A DNA stretch of 64,000 nt from Marsupella aquatica (GCA_973895155.1 OZ316894.1:15864699-15928698); one strand, 5' to 3'. Counted from the first letter of the stretch, positions 26,601 through 40,891 are shown. Numbers and translations are program-made. The notes: a model not told the origin generated them from the letters alone.

Positions 26601-29600
26601 AAGGAGACTCTTAACTTACTTAGACAGCAGGCAGGACTTTTAAACTCTCTGATAATGTTTGAATCCAGAAGTAATTGAAAGATGACCAGCTCAAGTTTCT
26701 TTCTCAATTTGGATATTCAATCCCAGCGTAGCGTCAAAATTGCATAGCGTCAAAATTTTCGGAAATGAATACAACTGCAATGATTAATTCGAGTCTGACC
26801 TACGTGCCATCATTTTGTAGTGAGTTTTGGCAGGGCAAATCACTTCAACGTATCCGGGATTCACTTCATCCCAAACCGCACTTCGTTGAGTTTCAGGATC
26901 CAGCACTTCCACAATGATTCGTGATTGTCCCTTATCGTGACAGTTCGCCCTACAAAATCGGTGCACTGCTAGTGCTCGAACAATTTGAGCTGAATCTTCA
27001 ACTTTCCGGTCCTGAGAGCCCATTAAGGAAAACAAAGGTTCTTCAAAACTGACAGATTCTGGGGATGCAAGAAGAGCAAATTTCCACATCTTTTGAGAAT
27101 GGGGGTTTACAATGCTATGCGATGTGAACCAATGCCTGGATGTACTGGCACATTGTCCATGGCAACTAGTATGGACTATTATTGTGGCTACACTTAAAGC
27201 CTATAGCTAGTCCTGGTTAAGCCCGATGTGTCGTGGTTGTGTGGGCTCTGCTATAGCTAGTCCAAGTAAAGCCCCCACAAACTAGGACTAGCTGCAGCAG
27301 AGCCCACACAACCACGACACATCCTGCCCAGGGGAAAGCAGAGGTCGAGGGTTCCAGGGAAACTCATTTATACAACGTTTGGGTCCCATTCTTAGATGCT
27401 GTTCACCTGCCCATTTCCACTTAGGTGATAAGCAAGTGATATCCATTTATTCTGAGTTTCACGTCCTTTGTGTGCAAAGGGCTTTGGTGAACTACAATTT
27501 GGGATGGAGATTGTGCAAAAGCCAGTCGACTTATGAAGTATAAAATTGGAACTCCGCGTGCTGCAATGAAGGTTGGTATTGCTGGGCTACTCTTGCTGGG
27601 AAGACTAATGTCGAGCATACTCTGCGCTTGGTGTGGATCCACGCATTGTAGAATGTTATATTTGTCAACGTATGTGCCTTCGATCAGATGGATCAGGGCC
27701 AAAAGCTGGAGTAGCTATTATGACAAACAACATAGTTAGGAATCCAGAAATGAGCTTTAAGGCTTACTTCCGCATTTCGATCCGCAAGCAAAAATATGGC
27801 CATTGCTTTGTGAGCACTAACACGTGCCAAGTCAGGCTGGCGAATAGGTGACCCCTCTATGAACTCGGCTAATCCATCATAGCAAGACAAGAGCTGCTTT
27901 AAGTCGAATCTGAGAGCAAGAAAACAAACAAAACTTCAAGACTCCAAAAAGTTCACACCAGAATTTCCTTATGGCCCAAACTAATCAAGTTGTGCTGTCT
28001 CGGGAGTTCAAATTGACTGTTACGACTTATCGAAGAGTACAATCAACCATATTACTGAGGTTTAGGGCTTTTGAGATAATTATCAGACTCAAGTGATTAT
28101 AAAGGTATATGAATTTTGAGATATCCTCTAATTATGATTGCAAAAATAAGTTTTAACCAAGGGGAGGGGTTGGGGGAAGGGAATCATCATGCAAGATAAG
28201 CCAATATTGGTATACTAACTGGACCCTCAATGGGATTCTTTCTTATGGGGAAGGTTATCCTCTGCATATAATGAACTGACTTAAAATTATGCATCCAGAG
28301 AATTTGAGCTAGATTGAAGCTTAGGAAACAAGATATATGTGTACCCTCTTGAGGCTGCTCACTTACGATGGCACAAATGGAGCCAAAATGATCACTCGCA
28401 GGGGATAAATCTCAAGTTCTGATAGATCAACCAAGGGACAGTTTCAATTTCAAAAGCAACTTCCAACTAATATGAGGTGATTTGAAAGATTAGTGCAAAC
28501 TGAGCTTCTAACACTCATTTGAAGGAATGATACGAGCGAACTAGGATTAAATCAATTAAGCCAAAATGTTTTTGAAGTTTGCATCTGCCAGACCCTCTTT
28601 TTGCTTGAAAGTTGAGATAGGTACCTTGGCGATGAGTTGGTTTGAAGAATTCTGCTAGGAAGCTTTGAACCCCTTGAAAGGTGACGCTCCCAGTCAGGAC
28701 GAGAAATCGCGATCCTACTATCTTGCGTGTGCTAAACGAACCTCCATATGGTCTGTACAGGGGGAACCAGCTCTAGGATTTATTTTGACAAGATGACTGG
28801 AAACTCAAGTAAAATCTTTGTCGATAGGTCATGCAAGATATTCAAATTCAGCAATCTTGGACCTGTGATGCAAACGGTTTTGCCAGCATGGAGAGTAGAG
28901 ACTGTTGTTCGGAACTAGCTGAAGAACCAGATCAGAATACGCCCTTCAACACATAGGTAGCTGTAGCGCTTGCTTGCAAGCTCACCATGGGACTTTCAAA
29001 AGCAAGCAATCAATTTTAAAACACTCTTCCTGAGCAAGTGCAAAGAATACTAGGCCACAAACAGCAATGGGTTGTAAGAAAGAGACCTTCTAGAAGCCAG
29101 AGCATGAATTTTTCGAATTCTTAGCGGTATGAAAACAAGTGCGCAAACAATGGTCAAACATGTAAGGGCTTGACCCATCTGAGTTTTTGGAGATAAATCT
29201 CCATAACCCACCGTTGAAACCTACATATATGAAGTTCGAAGCACATGCCGAAAAATCAACTTAGAACCAGAAAAATAATGTCAAGATTTTAGACTCCACT
29301 GCAATTGTCATTATGACTATTGAGAACTAAGACATGATTGATCTTTGAAACTATGACTGAACATGATAGCCCTGTTTGTGACACAAAGGGCGAGACAAAC
29401 GGTGGCTTAGTTTGCGCTTCCAGAACATTTGCAACTATTTAGGAATTCAGGTCTAGTATTTGCCCCTTTGACTATATATAACCATGATAGCTGTTTTGAG
29501 GCAATGATAATGCTTGGAAATTCTAGCTTAATCTCACTACACATCGAGAGCTCAATTTTCACGGTCAAGATTCCAAGTGGTTGGAAAGTTGCAATCCGTG

Positions 29601-32600
29601 AAATTGTTATTGGCAAAACAGTAGTCAATGAGGTAACTAAAAAGCTATTACAAAGTGTGTTGTTCGCATCTTCATGAAAAGATTCACAAATGTTTACAGA
29701 GTCCTTTAATAAATATACTAGCTATTATTGAGTTCAAAATCAAGCGAGTTTACTTAGAAAAGATCCGGTGGAGGCGATAACTCTATGATGAGCAGCTCCT
29801 ATTTTGCAGTGAACCTACCGTTACAACCAAGAAATAGAATGCCTGCCAAAAAGACAAGCATCCTTGCACAGGACACTTGTCCCTTCTATGTTGTGAAGCT
29901 GAAAAATATTCCAACCATTGGAGGACACCAGCATCAAATATTACTGCATCGTTGGGAAGGAACGAGTCAAGGAATGTTGGTTGCCACAGCATGTACGTAA
30001 GTAGAACAATTATGTCTCTTCAAGACAAATTAAAACATTTAGGGGACCAAACTGTATGGGTCATCAAGTAACTGGCTCAGGGAAATGGACTGTCACTCTC
30101 AAAATATTAGAATTTAAGCACGTTTCACAAAATAGGATAAAAGTTGCTATGAAAGATCTAAATTTACAAGATTCACCTGGTATGGGCTACAATAAACAAA
30201 ATCGTACTTAAGTATAAGAAATTAGAAAAGTAGAAAGAGGAACTTTTACTAAACAAATATTTAGTACACCAGCAAACATTGAGAAATATGGGCAAACCCA
30301 TAAATACAGGAAATATCACTACGGTGGCTGGGTTACTCAGGAGGGTCTGTAACATATCCCGCACCTATTATTCTATCAAGCGAATTAAATCCTCCAAGCT
30401 TCCTTGAAGGGTCCCTATTGATCTATGATCTACATCTACTGGGGGGAGGGAACTGTAAGGCTCAGAGGGATAACTCACTATTAGGAAACCTCCCATATCA
30501 TGTGACTTGAAACTGCTGGGAATTTATGACAGGACTGTAACAATTGTGGGCTCCTTGTGTCATTCATTGCTTTACTCAATGAATTTCCAGATGACAAAAT
30601 TGAGCTTAAGATTAGTACATACTCAGCCCCTTATTTTCACAATGAGAAAAATTTTAAGTGCTTACATATTTGAATTGTTAGATTGATTTGTAATATGAAC
30701 AACTTACTTGCACCCATGGTTGCAATGGCCAACAACAAAATTTGATCATTTACTGAGGTTCCAAGAAGCCCCAACTTTTGGATCAAACTAAATATTCTGG
30801 GAATCAATGCACACTTCACAATTAGTCACTAGCCTGAACACCCATGCATATGCAAAGGAAGGGCTCCGCATACCCGGACTCCCCATGCCCTTCCCTACTC
30901 ACAAGCATAGTCTAAATATCAAGATTTTCTGATAATAGAAAACTTATGGTCCATAGTTTCACTCTACCCAGAATGTCATGAATGGTAGACTTTGATTGTG
31001 AATTATAGTATAAATCTAACATCTAACATAGTGGTGTCATGGCTTCATTTGGTGTGAGGGATGAGGTTCTAGGTAAGGATCACTTAATACTGTCCTGCAA
31101 TGGCCCATACTAAGTGGACTTTCTTACACAATGTAAGCTACAATATAACTAACCAATCATGCATTGACATGTGGCACTAGCTAAGGCAATACTAGACATT
31201 CAAATGGCATAGTAAAATGTTGCTTCTTGGAGAAAAGGACCAATCTACTAAACAATGGAGTAAAACAAAAAGGTCCAGAGAGACAAACCTCGAATTAACT
31301 CATGATTGTTGCCTAGCTAGATAACTTATAATAATAAAATGAGTTTTACCACTGACCCTTGTTTCATTCTCATCTGAGATAAAGGAGTTTAAAACTGACC
31401 CCAGTTATAAACCACTCCCTGCTGTAGATAATAATTGATCTAAAAGACAGCTTCAGTTGGTATACTGTTAAACAACTCAAAATATTCTCAAATTGAATCC
31501 TACAACATTACTACATTTTAAAATGTTTATAAATATAAATTTGTTTAATACTCTACGAGTTCATTGATAGAGAATAGATGTACCTAATGGACCCCCAAAT
31601 TCAAAAGTGTTACTTGATAGATCCCGTGAGTGAACAAGATTATTTGTTGTTTGATAAACCTTAAATCAACATAGCCAAAATCTCATGTGGTTGGTTGGGA
31701 AGAAAACTTTGATTTGGGGTCCATCAAGTAAAATAATGTCTCTTAACCTTTCCCACCCTTACTCTGCATAGCACATTTGAAACACTAGATGAACATGACA
31801 ATGAAGGGTCACAAATCATTCGTGGACTCTACTGGTTTTGAATAATTATAGCAAACAAGGGTTGCATGGTTCCTATCATTCATGACCTAGTAGGTAACAG
31901 TCATATGTTGGCTTTACCGGAGAACTCTTACAAATTGTAGGAGTCTTATTACGTCTGCACCATAGATACCTGTCCTGCAAACACTGATTGGTAAAATGAC
32001 TGCACCAACACAATCTCACTTAACTCTACCACAGGGTTCAAGTGAAATAAATATCTTCAAATGGGTTGACTCAACATTACATTTCATGAATGGGAGGAAG
32101 TCACAAAGTAGAATAGTAGATTAAGCATTTTCCTTTTTCTTAATGACACAGTTTTCTGAGAAAGCATGTCATTAAAGCATTCATGAGATACTTTGCAGTT
32201 TTCACTCATTCTTTCCTGTAGCAGTTTTATTTTATTTTAGTACTACAAGTAAGTTCTGGGATCTACTTATTATTTATTCATGGTAGCCCCTCTTTCCCCT
32301 ATTTCTGATTGTTGAATCTTCATTATTGTATAGACTCCTTGAGACTTATGAACTGGAGACATTCCACTACCTCTCAATGCATACTTTGTAGATGTATTGA
32401 TCAAGAAGTTAGCAAGAGTTTTAGTATGCAATTTCCTTCTCAAGCAAGCAATCCAGGAAAGGTGATTGACAAGGGGAGCTAGCTCACTGAAAAAATGATC
32501 TTAAGGAAGGTGCCATGAACAATATGTGGACCAACGATTCTCAAGATCTCAAACCTCAAGTAGATATGGGTCAAATGTACAAATGAATATTTTCATTTTT

Positions 32601-35600
32601 TGTATCACCTGAACAGAAGAACTATGGGGATGACACTTAATGCATCGATCAATCCCCTAACTGAACAAATGTAGTAGAATCGAACAGGTTCCCTACATAC
32701 ATACAGGAAAAAGCATTAATTTGCCACATATCAGGTAGTCTGATGAAATGGACAACTTTGTAAGAGCATCTCCAATGGTTATGACTTTATTTCACTGGTT
32801 CTATTAAACAGGGCAGCCAGGTGCTAATTCCAACACTAAAGCTTGGTGATACAAGGGGGAAAACCAGTTTGCACAGGTCCTTTCCAACACAGGACCTCTT
32901 CCCTGAACAGAAGACTCTCTAAAGAAGAGGTGCAACCTTGATCTGGGACTTCATAATAAGTAAACCTCCTCAAAGGTCAATGTAGTAGCTGGCCCTCGCA
33001 ATAACTTTACTTTGTACAGCAGAAAACCCGATCCTCTAAACGTACAGTAACATTTTAGCTAGTAAAAGAGATGGACAGGGACGTTTTGCCATTTGTACAT
33101 GGTTTGGTCAAAACTGCACGATAGTCTTCCAATGCATAACCATGATTGGAGATGCTCAAAGCGCATGCATATCAAGACAGAAACTACAGAAATGCAGCAA
33201 TTAGGCCAATTTCTGGCAAGGATAGCGAACGTAATCAATTTTGGAAAGGGGCTTGAAACATCAGAATATAGTGCCTTGGATGCATGCTTTTGTCCAATCA
33301 TTGCTTCATTACATTTGGAGCCTTTTTGTTCATATGCATTATTTTGAAATACGACTGCCTTGACCGTTTTTTGGTTTGAATTAGCCACTCAGTAACCAAG
33401 CTTTGAGACAATGATTAATATGTTACTTACGTGTAAAGTCTCAATATGTAGTCACAAAGAAACCCAATACTAATAAAGTTTTGAATGTGAAAACACCAGT
33501 TTTGCCGTGCTGAAGGTTGATACCTGCACAAGGAACCGTCCCACCAAATAGCAGAGATATCTTCAACTTGCATTTGAATGTTTTGCAGCTTAAATGCAAT
33601 AGTGTATGAAATATAGTGCTTGGCATATAGCTGAATAACAACCAACGCTTATATGCTAGATAAGGATCAGACAAGATATTGCATTCAAATCCGGGTTCAG
33701 ATGTGCACAATTTATGGGTGGCTGATGAACTCACGTTGAGTAGATATACAAGCAACAAGATAGTCCAGCCAAGGAGAACTCGGCCTGCCCATCATCATCA
33801 TATATGAGAAGTACGATTAAAAGTTTGTTTTTAGAACCACTTAGGAAATGCATGAGCTTGAGTATTAAAATATTTCCTAACCAACTTACAACTACATGAG
33901 CATGATCTGTGCAAGTAAAATAATTTTGGTACAGAGTCGTCTTGACAAAAATGGGTTTCCAGTTAAGTGGATATCAATAGATATTAAATACTTTTTTGGC
34001 CAGTAGTTCAAGGAGTGAAGCTACAACTGTACGTGGACCCGGACTACTGTCTTCCCCCGAACACAACGCCCGGGCGCTGTGTTCGAATATGGTCAAAACA
34101 GGGACTTTAGGCAAAAAAGACATTTTCACTCAAACACAACGCCATATTAACACAACGCCCGGGCATTGTGTTCGAAATTGACTTTGTGTTCGAAAATGTG
34201 CACATTCAAGTGACTATAGGAGAAAGGTAACCAGGTCGCAACTACTATCCGTTACTTTAAAATCGTTCAACACATCCGCTCTTTCAACTTACAAAATCCA
34301 TCGTCCTTTGAGAAATGTAAGCTAACTTCAAAATCCTTCATTCGCGGAGAAGTGTGCGCTGTTTCCAAAATGTTAAGCAGCAATCCGGAAGTATCGATAT
34401 ATTCTTCTACTGTGTGAACTTTTGACAGACTTTCACATCAACCTCTGACTGATGCCACGACGTCTCGTCAAGGAAACCCATAGTGCCTATGTGCATAATT
34501 AGGTCTGATTACTCACTTTCTCTATTTTCAATTTTCCATTGCCTTCAAGATCAAGGCACTCAAATAGAAACAAAGCAGTCTCATGAACATTCCACACTGC
34601 ATGAAGAAAGATTAAATAATTATAGAAATAAGCAAATTGGCCACGGTAAACCGAACAACTCTGAAAAGTGGACGAATAATTATGTTTTACTAAGTGATAG
34701 TAGTACACTTGGTATGGATGGTTTGTCAGGTTTTGTTTTCTATTGCAAATTTGATTTCTCCCCTTGTGTAATTTCAGTGGTTCAATTATTTAGCTACACA
34801 TCCTTTGAATGAGCAAATATTGTTGGGAAGTAAAAAAACCAAAACTTGAACACACTCCTCTCTAATACACATAACTTTTATGCATATCATTCCTACTTAC
34901 ACTTTACATGCATCTCACAATGCCAAAATTCAAGCACATTACCTTAAATTTGAACACCACGTCACATTTCAAACACAGAGCCACAAGTCCAAAAAATGAA
35001 AACATTGACTTTAAACTCGAACACAGCGCCCAGACCTTGTGTTCGGGGGAAGACTGTAGCTATATATTCTTATATATTGCAGGGAACAGATCTTACTATT
35101 TGTTCAAATGGCTTTGTCCTCGTTCAAGTCTTTGTTAGACTAAATTAAAGGACTTGAGTGTATGTAGCCGGCTAGTACATAGGAAAATCAAATGATCAGC
35201 TAAACATATATTGGATTGCTTTTGACAGGAAGAGAACTAGACAGTTCTGGGACGTAGAGTTAATTTGGTCATCATCTTAAGTTTGACCATTAGCTTTGAG
35301 TAAATCATGTTCAAATTAATCAACAACAGCAATTGAAGAAATTGAGAATTATTATTTTGTGCCTTGTAACCAGAAAATAATCCATCCATCAGTAGGAGAT
35401 CATCTCTGAATTGGAGCATGCAACATTGCAAGGTAGCCAGTGATACGCGAGGATCCAACAAGGGACCCAGCTAGGAGGAAGAGAGTTGAAACATGGTCTC
35501 TAAGTGGGAACAAAAGGGGCCTAAGGAATCAGTACTCCCCCCACTACACATCGTTCCCCCCACAGACATATACTCTCCCCACCCCTATGTGTGTATAGGG

Positions 35601-37303
35601 AAGATTGAACCTAAGACCTCTTAGTTCCAGGCTCATCCCTTGGCCAACTGGTTAAACATTGAAAACTAGTGCCCACGTGAACATGATAGTATGATCCATT
35701 AGGATATCTCAAAGCTTAATAAATGTTATGGTCCATATCTAGTGTCCATATCTAGTGTGGTGATTAAGTCTGCCCAGTGGAACATGGACGATTCTTTTCT
35801 TCACACTTGAAGATAACCCAATTTCATGCAAGTTTAGATATCACTTTCTTTACCAAGAGACATGTGGAGAGGACAAATTGCATTATATCCTTACAATGGG
35901 TGTAATGGTCACTCTGTTCCATACGGTTCAGGAACATGCAACGATGAAAATCTAGGGAGCTAAGATCATGCTTCTCGTTTCCCTTGAAGGCAAACTCAAA
36001 TTCAGGCAAATTCAGATTTTACTTTCTTAGTACCAAGAGATAAGCAGAGGACACATCTCAAGATGCCCTTGCACTCTGTGTGATTCTCATTCTCTTCCAG
36101 AATGTTCCGAAATTTTTGCAGAGATTGAAGTACACTTCAGACATTGGGTGCGATGCTCATTCTCTTCCATAATGTTCCGAAATTCTTGGAGAGATTTAAG
36201 TACACTTCACAGATTGGGTGCGATGCTCATTCTCTTCCATAAGCTAAAGTATAGAAATACGCAAATGAGAAGTCTTGCCGGGATTTAAGTGCACTTACCA
36301 GATGCCAGACCGTACCGAGAACTCCTTCTCGAATCCATGTTTTGGCTTTCAGGGAGACAGGAACTGTGCCCGTGAGCTGTGTGTCATGGTAAGTGCGGAG
36401 CACATGCAAGCTAGCAGCCACATGTTTCAGAGTCTTCTTGTTGTTCCAATCAATGAATGCCGTCCACAGCCGATTGATTGTGTTCGTTAAATACTCCCAA
36501 CATGTGAAATCGTCCACTTCCTCCGCCAGATATTGGTTGCCATGACCAGTTGCTTCGTTTTGCTTTGCCAGCGACCGGCGCCGAGCAGCTTGAGCTTGAG
36601 CTGATGGCGCATAAGTCTCAATAGTCGCCTGTGGGAAAGAAGGATAATCTCTTATCACAAGATTTCGTGGCTTGACCTTTTTCTTATCGAAGGCGAAGAT
36701 GTGTGTACTTTCACCGCTTGTATCTTCTCCACAAGCAAGTTTTCCCATTTTTCGATCCACATTCACTTCCGGAACAGATACTTCTTGGGAGAGGTCTTGT
36801 GTTGGCAGATTCGTTCGTGTACCACGTTTTGCTTCTGAGAAGTGTTGCACGGCCAAAGGAACAGATTTGTTATGATCATCTCCTTCTGCCCGATAATGGG
36901 ACTCAATCGATGAATTCCCAGGCTCTTCGGGAGCTGCTGCTCTGTCTAGAGTAGCCTGTGCCGGTTGCTTTGTTGGAAATTTTCCCCGCAGAGTAGGTCT
37001 TCCCACAGCATTGATTGCTGGATGCCATGTGGGTGGCGCTATCTTAATTTTCCCCGGTTCGTTCTTTGAGGAAAGTTTCGTAATCGATCTAGGGTATCCT
37101 TCCGCTCGTTTGTATGGTGCTTTGACATCTACATGAGTTTGTTCAAGGTTCGATATCACATTCTGTGTCGCACCGATTTGCACATTTTGTTGAGGATGAA
37201 TTTGTTTGGCTCGAAGTTGTGATGAAATATCTTCCGCACCTGGAGGAGGAATCGGAGGCGGAACGGAGAGCCAGCGTCCTTGACCTCTCCCCGGCGAAGA
37301 CAT
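23631..37303 (-). CDS. Slo/BK-family potassium channel alpha subunit (6 TM + pore + RCK1/RCK2), about 1327 aa
   Basis: Sixteen in-phase GT-AG exons: 36299-37303, 33735-33784, 33431-33523, 32609-32692, 31918-31974, 30708-30796, 29819-29943, 29087-29220, 28625-28752, 28367-28418, 27768-27909, 26800-27011, 26224-26392, 24836-25820, 24141-24489, 23631-23940 (sum 3984 nt). S4 IRLLQFVRVLR; pore FWQAFYFLVVTVSTVGYGDLSPKT; RCK motifs FIEGSP...DLARV, EDSAQIVRALAV, HILVC, FIKGSP..LDLMRGG; C-terminal ALGLYR..YVLTNPP..D.VYIL. Confidence 0.93.
27225..27323. repeat. Near-perfect ~43-bp-arm hairpin inside a channel intron
   Basis: GATGTGTCGTGGTTGTGTGGGCTCTGCTATAGCTAGTCCAAGT pairs with ACTAGGACTAGCTGCAGCAGAGCCCACACAACCACGACACATC (3 mismatches) around a 13-nt loop. 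Confidence 0.9.
34047..35056. mobile_element. Non-autonomous pogo/Tc1-mariner-type element (~1 kb) in intron 1 of the channel gene
   Basis: ~40-bp TIRs CTGTCTTCCCCCGAACACAACGCCCGGGCGCTGTGTTCGA and TCGAACACAGCGCCCAGACCTTGTGTTCGGGGGAAGACTG, with TA on both sides (34045-46, 35057-58) and no coding capacity. Confidence 0.88.
36086..36242. repeat. 70-bp tandem repeat (2.2 copies) next to the first donor site of the channel gene
   Basis: CTCATTCTCTTCCA starts at 36086, 36156 and 36226. Confidence 0.9.
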
Positions 37304-40300
37304 CTTGGTGTCTCACACAGGGTGACTTCTTCAACTGCCTCGAACCTGAGTGATCCTCGAATCATGAAATTGCTGTATCATAATCATTCTGAACTCCATA
37401 TGTGCGGTTTCTCTAATTCGTTCTGCATCCATGGGACAAAGCAATATAATTCTTCTTTTTGACAACGGCTCGTCTAATTGATCTCCATGGTGTATTTACT
37501 GAAATATAGCGAACATCGTGCTCTTGTCATTTCCTCCGAGAGATCTCCATCCAATTATGTGTTCACTAGACTGATCCATTGAGCTGCCTTATTATCCCCC
37601 CTCTCTTTCCTCTCCTTCGTTAGAAAGAGAGATCGAGGGTTCCTTTCTTCACCACCTTCTCTGCCACCTCTTTCTTTAGATAGAGGGTGTCTCTTGGGCT
37701 TCAGAAGGCTCAGATTTTCACTATCCTCTCTAGACCTGACGGAGGCAGTTGGTTTTGGTTTTCCACTCTAGACGGAGTCCACTTTGTGACCCCATAAGTG
37801 GTTTACTCAGGAGCTTTACCAGCTTTTCAGTTCCCCGTCCACCCCCTATGTGGTTTACTTGGGAGCTTTACTAGCTTTTCAGTTCCCTTCCAAGAGGGTG
37901 TTAGTCTACCTGGCTACTTTTATGTTCCATTATTTCATAAAAAAATTAAGGATGAAATCCATGAATCCCCACAAAAAGCCGGACAACAGAAACAAGTAAT
38001 AACATTTGATCCCAAAACCTATGAGTCCCCTACTCAAGTAAGTGACCTGAGCAAGCATCTTTGCTTCTAGTTGTTTTTTGTTCCTTTGTTGTTGTGGGGG
38101 CCTAAACTTCTTGGCTTGTTGGGCCTCTTAGGTGAGTGTGCTCCCTGAGCAAGCAACTTGGTACCTCTAGCATATCCGACAATAACCTTCATACAAAGTC
38201 GCACTTGCTCCCTAATATGACCATCGCTTAACGGTCCTCACTGTTTACACAAGCAACTAGACACCTTGGTAAGTAACCTCATAGGATCTAGGAACTCCAA
38301 AACTAGTCTCTAGACTCAAGCTCAACAAAGATTGGTAAGTAAATCACTGAGTAGAACCTCTTGAGTTTGCATGGCCTTGCCATAAGCCGAAGCCAGACCT
38401 AACACCCATTGTTCTTACATAACAGCCCCTCTACAGGTTCTGCCCGTGCTTCCCCAATTCCTATTTGTTACTAGATGATTGTCTTGCCCCAAGGATACGC
38501 TCATGGCCCAAATAAGCTAGCTTGTCCCAAAGCTTGTCTTTAATGTTGGGACCAGTTGGCCCTGACTCTAGTAACCATCCCTAAGGTTCACCCAACTAAG
38601 AATCTAGGGGCCAACTGCACTTGGGCCTCAACACTCGTGTCTACTCTGCATTGTCTCCCCAACGCAAGCTCCCTTGGGAAATTGAACGCGGTTTGGCTGC
38701 TGCTTTGGCAGAATTTGGCAAGCGGGCAAGATAGCCCTCACAAACCTCGAGACTCAAAGGCACTCCAAGACCCAGCTAAGCTCAGAATGATGTACTCCTT
38801 CTCAAGAGCTTTCCAATGCATCCAAGAAGTCCTCCAATGGACTTCTCATTGAGAAATTATTGTCATTTTCGTTTGGTGTTTTGCCTTAGTGTTGCGACTG
38901 CTGCAATTCACAACTTGGGTTCGCCCTCCCCCAGGGAGACACCACTCCTATCATATATATTTATGGAGATCTTCCACCCTTGAACATGCTTTGGTCCCCT
39001 ATATGTAGCCCTCAACCTGGACTCCAACCTGCACGCATGGATATGCAACTAACTTGCTATATATGTTACGTAACTTTCTAGCTAGACGCCCATAAGTGGA
39101 ATGTCTTAGCCCATTGTGATTGGGCCAACCTAGTGCTCATGCCTAAGTAGGCCCTCAGAACCCGTTGTCAATTGGGGACCTAGACAGCCACACCTGGGCC
39201 GCGCCTTATCTCATGCGCCAAACATCCATAATTGCGCATGAAGTAAACTTCATTAGCATTGGGCCCAAGAGGAGCTCTCATTCAAGCCCTCAAAACTCCA
39301 AGTCCGTACGGGGGTCTGGACGGTCCACCATGAGCCCGGCCCTTCCCATGACCCAACCAGCTCCAAGCTAGTCTAAGTCCTTAGTGTGCGTCACCAGCTT
39401 AGCGCCTTGCCCTTGCTAGTGCAACACCTCATTGCCCACTAGTCTCCCCATACTTAGTCCCCACCGGATGTCCGTTCCAAAGGCATGGACCATAAAGGAG
39501 CTCGACATCAGAGTCAGCAACATTGGAGCTAAGTGTTAGGGTAATCAAGTTCCGCAACTCTTTTCCTCTTCCCTCCCTTTATTGGATTGTTTTGCCTTTG
39601 GGACCATGTCTCCTAGTTTGACATTTTTGTCTTTTGGCATTGTGATAAATAGATCAGTTCTAATCTGCTATATTACATGGGCTTGTCCCCTAGGGAAGCT
39701 GCGGCGCATCCTTAGTATGTTTTTGTGTTTGTGTGCCCCAGATGTAAACTGATCAGGGAAATCCCTCATGGTCACATTATTTGTCTAGTCCAAACTTCAG
39801 GCATGAAATCACTTTGTTTAGTCAAAAACATTAGTGGTGACTCACTCAAAGCTACCATTTGTTAATTAATTAAGGACTAAGTCTCTCTTAAAGCTATCAA
39901 TGTTAATTAGTGACTAGCAATAATAGTGCACAAGAACACTAGTAGACTAATACTAGTAGTGCATTGAATCTAAGCAACATTAGGGGAACACTAAGGATTG
40001 AGTATCATTAGGGTAATAGTAAGTTTTTCGGTGCATGGCAACACTATTTACGGACCCCCATTAGAGGTCCTTTCCAAAATTCCTGGCTCCACAGCGCGCC
40101 ACCTCATCATGGCACTCAGCAAACAAGAAGAGACTTGTTTTTGGATAAAATTAACTTCTACATTCGTGTTTGTGGCAACTTTGCTGTAAAAACTGGGACG
40201 CCATGCCGTAAAAAAGAATGTAAAAAAAACTAACATGCAAATCAAAAGACAAAAAAGTTGAGGTAAAACTGCTCCTAGTAACAGTTTTATTTTCATTTTG

Positions 40301-40891
40301 ATTTTATTCAAAACATAAAATTTCCCGACAACAAATTTTGATTTGACATTGCTGAGTCAAATCATAATAAAAACTCAGCATTGTCACCATTCGATAAGAA
40401 TTGAGTAAGTAATTTTGAAATATAGATTTTACCTGTGATTTCACAATCTCTAACGTGAATAGAAATCTTTGTTGTACAACCCCTGAAATGTTGACCCCTT
40501 TCATGAGAATGTAACTAAAATTAACAGATTTTATGAGTACTAAGGAGATTCTGAATTTTAGAATTTATTTAGCTTTTTAATGAACTTAACACCGATAGAT
40601 TTAGTTCTAAAAGTTGGTTTTGTATTTGATGTTAGTTATGGTTGCATTGGTAAGTTTGGCAACTATTTCAAGTGTCAAACATTGACTTGTCCATTTTTGA
40701 ATTTTGTTTTCTTTAGATTTGGAGGTCCATCTAGGCTCCAGTCTCTAGAATAACAGGGGGGTCCACGTATTAATTTTTTTGAGGGGAAAGGGCAAAGCCC
40801 AGAAACTTGGGTTCAACTATTGTGGCTGACTCTTTGCTTTCTGTTGGGTTTCATAGATTTCCCCTCTAAATTTAACAAAAAAAAAAATGAA

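Noticed and set aside
34063-34170. CGCCCGGGCG palindromes resembling the MULE motif
   Set aside because: Different spacing and flanks; they belong to the TIR/subterminal repeats of the pogo-like element.
37510-39540. Possible degenerate LTR-retrotransposon sequence, including a 53-bp duplication at ~37798-37890
   Set aside because: No recognisable gag/pol motifs, paired LTRs or TSD could be established by eye.
39937-39961. CACTAGTAGA as the left TIR of the CACTA element ending at 60242
   Set aside because: The match ends after 8 bp, there are no TCCGAT subterminal repeats, and the flank (GAA) does not match the right flank (CTT).
40049-40769. Possible MITE with TACGGACCCCC...GGGGGTCCACGTA ends
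   Set aside because: The inverted match is only ~10 bp with an indel, too weak without copy-number data.
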